A DNA stretch of 64,000 nt from the human T2T-CHM13v2.0 reference genome, Homo sapiens. Position numbers and translations under genes: made by a program. Below the pieces are notes generated by a model. It was not told where the DNA came from. It was given only the letters and a program-made list of their open reading frames with translations, and searched no databases. Location: assembly GCF_009914755.1 (NCBI RefSeq), contig NC_060928.1; one strand, 5' to 3'. Positions within the stretch are counted from its first letter, which is position 1, and each line of letters opens with the position of its first letter. Shown here in pieces: positions 53,564-64,000 of this stretch.

Positions 53564-55844
53564 TCAGGAGGCTGATGCATAAGAATTGCATGGGAGGCAG
53601 AGATTGCAGTGAGCCAAGATCATGCCGCTGCACAATGGGAGACAGAGCAAGAACCTGTCAAAAAAAAAAAGAAAAAAAAGAAAAAGAAAAGAAACTGGGA
53701 AAACAAAAACGAGGGGGCAGAGAAGCAATTTGCACACATGATGATCTGTTGGCTGAGATCTTGCTCCTGCTTCTAATTTGGTTTGATTTACAATGTCTGA
53801 TAAGGATGTATGATATGGATACATAGGAAGGAGGAACATATAGGAATATTAATAGGAACTATCATTTCAGAGATATTTTATAATAAGACACCTTAATTTT
53901 TATAGCAAGTTACAGCTACATACATCCTAGCTAGAGCCCTTTTTCATACATCTTAGCCCTGCAGCTTGATGGGATGTACAATCTTGGGCCAGATCGTCAA
54001 TTTCCAAGAGCCTCAATTTCTTCATCTATATAGTAGGGGTAATAATACATATTTCATAAGATTTTTTTTTTTTGAAACAGGGTCTCACTCTGTCACCCAG
54101 GTTGGAATACAGTGATGTGATCTTGGCTCACTGAAACCTCCACCTCCACACTCAAGCAATCCTCCCACCTCAGCCTCCCAAGTAGCTGGGACCACAGGTG
54201 TGCCCCACCATGCCCTGTTAATTTTTTGCATTTTTGGTAGAGATGGAGTTCCTCCATGTTGCCCAGGCTGGTCTCAAATTGCTGAGCTCAGAGATCCACC
54301 CACTTATGCTTCCCAAAGTGCTGGGATTATAGGCATGAGCCACCATGCCTGGCCCATAGTCTTTTTTTAAAGAATTAATTGACAATAATGTAACACAGCT
54401 AGCTCCATCTACAATGTGAGGTATGTGTTTAACAGATGAGAGATTATTTTTTAAAAAATTATTACCCCCACTTAATCTTTGCAATAACCTTGTAAAGTAG
54501 ATTTACAGCTTTCTGATTCCAAGCCCAGAGTTTTTCCACTACCTCACGCAGATTTAGGGACTCACAAATTATGTGATGAAAATGATTTAGAAATAAAAAA
54601 CTTTAAATGAACTAGAAAGTTTATGTGAACGCTTTATTAATTATGGGGCTGGGTGCAGTGGCTCACACCTGTAATCCCAGTGCTTTGGGAGGCTGAGGAG
54701 GGAGAATCGCTTGGGCCCAGGAGTTTGAAACCAGCCAGGGCAACATAGCAAGATCCCATCTCTAAAAAAAAAAAAATGTTTTTTAATTAGCTGGATGTGG
54801 TGGCATGCACTTGTAGTACCAGCTACTTCACAGGCTAAGGTGGGAAGCTTGCTTGAGCCCAGGAGATAGAGACTGCAGTGAGCCATGATCATGCCACTGC
54901 ACTCCAGCCTGGACAACAATGTGAGACTCTGTCTCAAAAAATATTAATAAATAAAAAATAAATGCATAAAAATACAAAAAATAATTATCATGTGATCTCA
55001 TTTCCATGTGGTCTGTGGATTGATTTTCAGTACTGGCATTGGGTTTTTAGGGATTCACACAAGGTTTACCTGGTCAACAATTACAAACACTTGTAAAACA
55101 ACAGACTGATTTCAGGATATTTTCAGAAAATGATAATCTTATCACTTGTCTGTTTAGAAAATTAAGACTTTTCTAATGTAGAAATCTCTGAATGTGGGCA
55201 AACTTTTAGGCATTTGTAGTTATCTCCGGGCAAATAAATAGTTACAAATGTGTTGTTTTGAGTTATTGGGTTATGACTTTCTAAAGTTAAGTTTTGCTTT
55301 TAATTATTTGCCAATCAAACTGTATTTCAAAGCAAGGAGAAATTAAGAGAAAATTTTTGCTGAATGGTGAAAGGAAGGAAGTTAACATCTATTGCATGCA
55401 TGGTGTTCTACAATGTGCTTTCACATATTCGTTTATTCATCTATTCATTCAAGTAGTTATTGGGCGCCTACTATGTACCAAGCACTGAGCTAGGCAACTG
55501 TAAGCAGCAAGCAGGGATTGTTCCTGTGCTCTGAAGTCTTACTGGGGAAGTAGAAGGTATTTTAAAAATCACAGGATGGTGGTGGCTCACGCCTGTAATC
55601 TCACTGCTGAGGCAAGTGGATCACTTGACTCCAAGAGTTCAAGACCAGCGTTAGCAACATAGTGAAACCCCGTATCTTCCCAAAATACAAAAAATTAGCT
55701 GGCATGGTGGCATGTGCCTGTGGTCCCAGCTACTCAGGAGGCTAAGTCAGGAGTATTGCTTGAGCCCGAGAGGCAGAGTTTGCAGTGACCCAAGATTGCG
55801 CCATTGCACTCCAGCCTAGGCAACAGAGACAGACTCTGTTTCAA

Positions 55845-55879
<35 letters not shown>

Positions 55880-56287
55880 ATTTAAAAATATCACGCAAAA
55901 GTGAAATTGCAAGTGTGGTAGGTGCTCCAAAGGTGATCATGGTGCTTTACATGTGTATGAGGTAGAATTTCGATTTGGGGGGAGGGGCCATTGAGGATGT
56001 GACACTTAAGATCTGAAAGATGAGTAGACAACTAGGTAGAGGGAAATCATTCAAGGCTAGGGGAATGGCCTGTGGAAAGGTCCTGTGGTGTGTGAGAGCA
56101 TGGATAGTGAGGGGACTGAGAGAAGGCTGGCGTGTCTGGATTAGAGAGAGCAAGGGGACAGCTGAGGATGTAGGAACAAACATTGCTGAGCCTTGCAATA
56201 TTTTTAGAGCAATGAGAAGCCATTGAAAGGGCTTCAAGCCTGGGGTGGGTGCTGTGATAGGATCAGATTAATGTTTAATTAAATTAA

Positions 56288-56611
<324 letters not shown>

Positions 56612-57513
56612 TAAACTATAAATGTTCTGTTTCCTCTGCTATACAGATGCCTGTTCATAGAACATGGATGTGCATTTCTCTATAGATATAGAGTCTCTAT
56701 TTTTTAAATTATGCTTTTATGTATATATATATATATATATATACCTACATACACATGTATACACATAAGCTTATACACACACAATTAATATTTATTTCTC
56801 TCTGTGCCTGTGGGCAACTGGGTACTGGGAATCAGCAAGTGAACTAGAGGATGACAGAGAAAGCAGGAAGCATCCCTAGAGCAAGAACTAATAAACTCAG
56901 TGACCACACACTCTAACCAGATAGATTATTATCCTGTAGGCTGAGGGGTTATTCAAAAGTCCCTAAAGAGCTGACTGCCCGAGTTTGGTCACCTGTCTCT
57001 GGCATATGAAGGCCCTGCAAGATGTTAATTATACTCATTCCAAAAAAAGCATAATCAAGTGAATTGAGGGGGACATTGTTTATGTTGCTCTCAGGCTCTG
57101 TAAATGGTATATACAGTATAAACACAGGGCATATGTGTGTATGGAAAACTCTCTCTCTAACCATGCTTTTTCCTCTACTCTCAAACCACAACAATCATCA
57201 ACATAAGACCACTTCTGTGACCACAGGTGTGTGTGGTTTTTCCCCCACACACCAAGCAGCAGACACCAGCTGGGTGTTCTTTAATTCAGTTCTGACACTA
57301 TCTACCCGGAGATAGTGTCAGATTCCACAAGTTGAGAGCTCAGTCCCCAAGACTGCCTCCCCCTTCCACACTAGTCACAGGTCTGGGCCTCTGAAACTTC
57401 TTACCAACATGCTTCAAGTTGGGGCTTCCATGGCCCCCTTTTTGGATTTGACTAATTTGCTGAAGTGGCTCACAGGACTCAGGAAAACACTTACTTATAT
57501 TTATTGGTTTATT

Positions 57514-57727
57514 CAACCCTTCCTCTCCCATCTAGCTTATAAACACTTGCTTGTCACTTGAGCCAGCCAAAATCTGATTGTCCTCTGGCCAGGCATTTTC
57601 TCAGGTATTTTACTTTTGCTTGAAAATATCTGGCCTCAGCATACGCTAAACTGCAGCTAGAAAGAGATCAACCACCAAAATTCTTTATCAACTTCTCATG
57701 AAGACAATATTTAGCAATCTTAAAGTG
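57514..57727 (+). repeat. Dispersed direct duplicate of ~51387-51601 (HPSE upstream region), flanked by 13-bp direct repeats
   Basis: About 7 differences over ~215 bp by manual alignment; TTATTGGTTTATT at 57501-57513 and 57728-57740. Confidence 0.95.
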
Positions 57728-57974
57728 TTATTGGTTTATTATAAAGGATATTACAAAGGATACAGGTGAAGAGACGTGAAGGGGTCAGAGCTTCCATGCC
57801 CTCCCTGAGTGCCACCTCCAGGAACCCTCACACATTTAGCTATCTGAAAGCTCCCTGAACGCAGTCCTCTTGGGTTTTTATGGAAACTTTATGATGTCAG
57901 CATTCCCTCCCCCAAGGTATACCACAGGAGTCTCTCTGGAGAGGGTCTTAACACCCACAATCAGAAAGGCAGAA

Positions 57975-58430
57975 TGTATTAGTCCATTCTCACTCTGCTA
58001 TAAAGAAATACCTAAGAATGAAAAAGAAAATAAAAGGAAAAAGAAATACCTGAGACTCAGTAATTTATAAAGAAATGAGGTTTAATTGTCTCATGGTTCT
58101 GTAGGCTGTACAGGAAGCATAGCAACATCAGCTTCTGGGGAGGACTCAGGGAACTTACCATCATGGCAGAAGGCAAAGAGGGAGCGAGGCACTTCACATG
58201 GCCAGAGTAGGAGGAAGAGAGAGACTGGTGAAGGGATATAGACTTTTAAATAACAAGATCTCAGGAGAACTCACTCACTTTCATGAGAACAGCACTGAGG
58301 GGATCATGATAACCCACTCATAAGAAAGTGCCCCGGTGATCCAATCACCTCCCACCAGCCACTACCTCCAACACTGGGGATTACAATCTGACCTGAGATT
58401 TGGGTGGGGACATAGACCCAAACCATATTA
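57975..58430 (-). mobile_element. MSTA-like MaLR solo LTR
   Basis: TGTATTAGTCCATTCTCAC..GGCTGTACAGGAAGCAT..CCAAACCATAT. Confidence 0.8.
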
Positions 58431-59002
58431 TGAAACATTAGGGTCCTTCCTTGGGTCAGGTGAAAGGAGGGCAGGAGAAGGTCAGAGGCCTGCCCCTGAG
58501 GCCTAACGCACCCAACATTATGACAAAAGACTCTAAGAGGGGCTATCAGAGTTATGAGCCAGGAACCATGATTGAAAACCAATATATATCATAATATCAC
58601 AGCACAGAAGGAAGAACTCTACCAAGTGCGTTGAACATAAAGAAGTGGTTGGGGTGGGTAGATTGGGAGAAAGTGTCTCATCCTGATATTATATGTAGAC
58701 TACACTTCTGCTATGTGCTTGGCTTTTGGCCAGATGTCAGTATTTTGGCTCTCTCAAGAAACATGTGCTTCGAAGTAGGGCAAAAATACTTTCTGTTTTG
58801 TGGACTCCAAATAAGGAGTCAATAAGCGAAGTGGACTGTGTAGGAAACACTCCTTGTGAAAGATCTCCTTTATCACTGGTGACTAAGGCCTTGTAATGGC
58901 TACCCTTTGCATCCAGATTCAGCCAAGGTGCATGTTGGAGTGACCAAAGAACTGGATAGACAATTGCTTTTACAACTTTAATTGAATTGTTGATTCAGGC
59001 AT

Positions 59003-59352
59003 TGTTATGGTTTGAATGTGTCCTCCAAAAAGCACATGTTGAAATTTAATAGCCATTGTAACTATTAGGAGGTGGGACCTTTAAGAGATGATTAGACTAT
59101 TAATCGATTAATGCTGTTATTGTAGGAGTGGACTTGTTAGAAAAGAACAAATATAGCTCCCTTTAATCATTCTCTCGCCTTCTCCTTCTACCTCCCTCCA
59201 TAGGACGATGCAGCAAAAAAATGCGCTCGCCAGATGTGGGCTTCTCAATCTTGGATTACTCAACCTCCAGAATTGTGAGAAATCAATTTCTATTCATTAT
59301 AAATTACCCAATCTCGGGTATGCTGTTACAGCAGCATAAAACAGACTAAGAT
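59003..59352 (+). mobile_element. Old MST/MLT1-type MaLR LTR
   Basis: TGTTATGGTTTGAATGTGTCC...ATAAATTACCCA..GACTAAGA. Confidence 0.7.
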
Positions 59353-60222
59353 AGGCATGATTGTCCAATTGTTTGAATATTGTATTAGACTTTGTCATTA
59401 TTTTATTAAATGAATAGAAAATGGAAAGTGCTATTGATAAGAAACATGAGTCTCATTAACTTATTTCATTTGCAACCAGGTGGAAAAGCATTAGGTATGC
59501 TAGTAGAGACAAATCTTTATCCTCGGTCTGATACTCAAGATTTAAAACAGAAATGAAATGTGTTTTCACTTCTGAAGAAAAACTCATACTAAAGAACCTA
59601 TTCAAGAATGTTAGAAATAACCCTATTTCAGTACCAACCCAAACAAATAAACCTTATTAAAAACCATTTATGAGGCAATCAAAGAAACATGGACTGGATA
59701 TTGAATGATATTAAACAAGTTATTGTTAACTTTTTAAGGATAGAAAATTGGCATTGTGGCTATTCAAGTATGCTTGTCTTTCAGAGATATCTGCTGAAGT
59801 ATTTATAGGTAAACTGATATGATGTTTAGGATTGGCTTCAACATAATTTCTTAGGGAGAAAGGGAGTAGGTACAGATATGGATAAAACAAGATTGACTCT
59901 GAGTGAAAAATTATTGAAGCTGGGTGATGAGTACATGATGGTTGTGGCAGATTTTATTTTTTAAATGTAGCAGTAATGTTTTCCATCCATGTTCGTCTGT
60001 AATTTGACTTTTCCATCATCCCATAGAAAGGCAAGGATCTATGCCCTTTCCCCATGACTATTAGGCAGGCTTTAATCAATAAAGTAAAACAAATAAAACA
60101 ATGTGACATCTGAGGCCAGTCTATGAAAGGCCACGCAGCTCCCACCTTGATTCTCTTGGCATGCTTATTCCCCGGACACTTCTTCTGAGGATGCTCTGTC
60201 TGGGAACCCAGCTGCCATATTA

Positions 60223-60417
<195 letters not shown>

Positions 60418-61525
60418 TTAAAGAAAAACATTATTTAAGGAAGAGAGAAGCTCAAGTCAAATGGACAAACCATGTGTAGATGTTCCAGCCCATAGCCCCA
60501 ACCAAGCCCAGCCTTCAAGTTATCCCACCCCGGAACCAGACATAAGACTGAAGAAACTTGCAGATGATTCTGGTCCTAGTGATTCAAGTTACACTAGCCT
60601 TTCTAGTCTTTCCAGTGGAAGCCCAGACATCATGGAGCAGAAAGAAGCCATCTCTACCATGCACTGTTCAAATCCTGATCTTCAGAATCTATGAGCATAA
60701 TGGCTCTTGATTTATATCATGGATTTGGAGTAACTTGTTACATAGCAAAATATAAATGAAATTGGGATGTGTTATGCCATTCTGTTTATTACTTTTGTAT
60801 ATATTTGAAATTGTCTGTAATAAAACATTTTTTAAAAACTTGTATGGCCATTAAAAAAGAATGCTAGAAATACACCATCAGACTTTTCTAAAAGGTGAGA
60901 TACGATTGGGAATTTTACAATGATTTTAGCTCTTTGGAGACAGAGTCCTCCTTACAGTATGGAAAACTTTCACAGACTCCTCAGTCATACACATTGCAGC
61001 ATGTGTGAAAGTCAGTGACTGTCTGGATGGGTTTATTTGTATTAAATGGGAGAGAAGAGACTATGGTGAGTAGCCAGCAGGGAGAATACAATATTCAAAG
61101 TGAAAGGGTCAAATTAGAATAAATTTCAGCTTCCAGGTGCTTTGCTAGATTTTATATGCAGAAAACTAGCCCAAACCCTTATTTCTTCATGGATTTTGGG
61201 ATTCAGGACAGTCTTTCTTCCCCACCCCACCATGGTTGATTAACTTCCTAGGAGTCCTGCAGAAAGGGCTGATCAACTAAGTTGAAGACCTATGTACTTC
61301 TCTTTTTTTTCCCTTTGTTACCTGTGCTTTGTGAGGGAGTATGTTTTATATTTTTCCAAAACGGAAATAGCTTTATTTTATTTCTGTTTATAAAGTGAAT
61401 ACATGTTCTTTTTAAAAAGTTAGTTTATTTATGCCAGGTGTGGTGGCTCACACCTGTAATCCCAGCACTTTGGGAGGCTGAGGTGGGCGGATCATGAGGT
61501 CAGGAGATCAAGACTTTCTTGGCTA

Positions 61526-61729
<204 letters not shown>

Positions 61730-61798
61730 TTAGTATATTTAGAAACCACCCAATTGTCAATAGATGGATGAATGAATAAAGAACATGTGGTATATATA

Positions 61799-61963
61799 AA
61801 AGGTCTTCAAAACATTCATGGAAAATATATATTATGAAAAAACTATGCATAGATTTTGAATTTTTTGTACCAAAATAAAGTCCTACTAACTTGTTATAAC
61901 AAGTCTGGACAGAATCTAATATGATGCACTAAGAAGGATAACACATCACTTTGAAAAGACCCC
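61799..61963 (+). mobile_element. HSMAR2 mariner 5' end, interrupted by THE1
   Basis: GGTCTTCAAAA..TTCATGGAAAAT..ATTATGAAAAAACTATGCAT matches the recalled HSMAR2 left end. Confidence 0.7.
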
Positions 61964-64000
61964 TGTATTAGTCCATTCTCATGCTGCTATAAGGACATAC
62001 CTGAGACTGGGTAATTTATTTTAAAAAAAGTGATTTAATTGATTCAGAGTTCTGCATGACTGGGGAGGCCTCAGGAAACTTACAATCATAGTGGAAGGGG
62101 AAGCAAACATTTCCTTCTTCACATGGTGGCAGGAGGGAGAAGTGCAGAATGAAGTTGGGAAAAGTGCATTATAAAGCCATCAGATCTTGTGGGAACTCAC
62201 TCCCTGTCATAAGAATGGCATGGGGGACCATCCCCATGATCTAATCACCTCCCACGAGGTACCTCCCCCAACATGTGGGGATTACAATTCAAGATGAGAT
62301 TTAGGTGGAGACACAGAGCCAGACTATATCATTCCACCTCTGATCTCCCAAATCTCATCTTTTTCACATTTCAAAACACAACTGTGCCTTCCCAACAGTT
62401 CTCCAAATCCTTAACTCATTTCAACATTAACCCAAAAGTCAAAATCCAGAGTCTGATCTGAGACAAGGCAAGTCCCTTCCACGTCTGAGCTTGTAAAATC
62501 AAAAGCAAGTAAGTTACTTCCTAGATACAATAGGGGTACGGGCACTGGATAAATACATCCATCCCAAATGGGAGAAATTGGCCAAAACGGAGGGGCTACG
62601 GGCCCTATGCAAGTCTGAAATTTAATAAGGACGTCATTGAATCTTAAAGTTCCAAAATGATCTCTTTTGACTCCATGTCTCAAATCCAGATCATGCTGAT
62701 GCAAGAAGTGGGCTCCCATAGCCTTGAGCAGCTCCTCCCCTGTGGCTTTGCAGTGTGCAGCCCTGCTCCTGGCTGTTTTCATGGGTCGGTGTTGAGTGCC
62801 TGCAGCTTTTCCAGGTGCATAGTGCAAGCTGTTGGTGGATCTACCATTCTGGGGTCTGGAGGACAGTGACACTCTTCTTACAGCTCCACTAGGCAGTGTC
62901 CCAGTGGTGACTCTGTGTAGGGGCTCCAACCCCGTATTTCCCTTCTGCACTGCCCTAGAAGAGGCTCTCCATGAGGGCTCTGCCACTGCTGCAAACTTCT
63001 GCCTGGACATCTAGGCATTTCCACACAGCCTCTAAAATCTAAGCAGAGGTTCCCAAACCTCAATTCTTGACTTCTGTGCACCTGCAGGCTCAACACCATG
63101 TGGAAGCTGCCAAGGCTTGGGACTTGCACCCTCTGAAGCCATAGCTCTAGCTGTACCTTGAGCACTTTTAGCCACAGCTGGAGCTGCTGGGATGCAGGAC
63201 ACCAAGTCCCTAGGCTGCACACAGCAAGGGGGCCCTGGGCCCAGCCCATGAAACCATTTTTCCATCCTAGTCCTCCAGGCCTGTGATGGGAGGAGTTGCC
63301 TTGAAGGTCTCTGACATGCCCTAGAGACATTTTCCCCATTGTCCTGGTGATTAACATTCAACTCCTTGTTACTTATGCAGATTCCTGCAGCAGGCTTAAA
63401 TTTCTCCCCAGAAAATGGGTTTTTCTTTTCTATTGCATTGTCAAGCTGCAAATTTTCCAAACTTTTATGCTCTGCTTCCTCTTGAATGCTTTGCCACTTA
63501 CTTAGAAATTTCTTCCTCCAGATACCCTAAATCATCTCTTTCAAGTTCAAAGTTTCACAGATCTCTAGGGCAGGGGCAAAATGCTGCCAGTCTCTTTGCT
63601 AAAGCATAGCAAGAAGACCTTTATTCCAGTTCCCAACAAGTTCCTTATCTCTATCTGAGACCACCTCAGCCTGGACTTCATTGTCCATATTACTGTCAGC
63701 ATTTTGGTCAAAGCCATTCAACTAGTCTCTAGGAAGTTCCAAACTTTCCCACATCTTCCTGTCTTCTGGGCCCTCCAAGTCTCTGGGAAGTTCCAAACTT
63801 TCCCACATTTTCCTGTCTTCTTCTGAGTCCTCCAAACTGTTCCAACCTCTGTCTGTTACCCAGTTCCAAAGTAGCTGCCACTTTTTTGAGTATCTTTACA
63901 GCAGGACCACACTACCTTGGTATCAATTTACTGTATTAGTCCATTCTCATGCTGCTATAAGGACATACCCAAGACTGGGTAATTCATAAAGAAAAGTAGT
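61964..64000 (-). mobile_element. THE1 (THE1C-like) MaLR: LTR 61964-62331, internal 62332-63931, second LTR from 63932 running off the window
   Basis: TGTATTAGTCCATTCTCATGCTGCTATAAGGACATACC repeated at 61964 and 63932; internal region homologous to 4879-6471 in reverse. Confidence 0.9.

Larger units (their letters stand above)
57138..58601 (-). mobile_element. MER21-like LTR, interrupted by a templated insertion (57514-57727) and an MST LTR
   Basis: TTTATTATAAAGGATATTACAAAGGATACA and TATATATCATAATATCACA motifs. Confidence 0.75.

Noticed and set aside
58002-58051. AAAGAAATACCT direct repeats around an A-rich tract in the MST LTR
   Set aside because: Likely decayed tail-only retroinsertion; common and uninformative
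63726-63836. ~53-bp tandem duplication in THE1 internal region
   Set aside because: Probably a subfamily-level feature of THE1-int rather than locus-specific; needs a consensus check

Overview
Human genomic DNA, recognisable as the 4q21 COQ2-HPSE locus. It holds the first coding exon and CpG-island promoter of COQ2 (minus strand, left edge). It also holds the complete heparanase gene HPSE (minus strand): 12 coding exons, all with GT-AG junctions, summing to 1632 nt (543 aa + stop), with proximal and distal poly(A) signals and about 13 kb of upstream sequence. The rest is dominated by Alu, MaLR (THE1/MST/MLT1), ERV LTR, L1/L2 and DNA-transposon relics. Subfamily names come from recall of consensus sequences, not from a RepeatMasker run. 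I see no new protein-coding system. The least explained signals are locally templated insertions. A 214-bp copy of HPSE upstream promoter DNA sits 6.1 kb away between perfect 13-bp direct repeats, with no poly(A). An intronic Alu carries a 76-bp insert stitched from two templates about 2.9 kb to its left and about 2.8 kb to its right. Also notable are a strong-Kozak in-frame upstream ATG in HPSE overlapped by a uORF, a poly(A) switch that gates an Alu-derived ARE and inverted Alus, and an L2 fragment nested inside a younger LTR.
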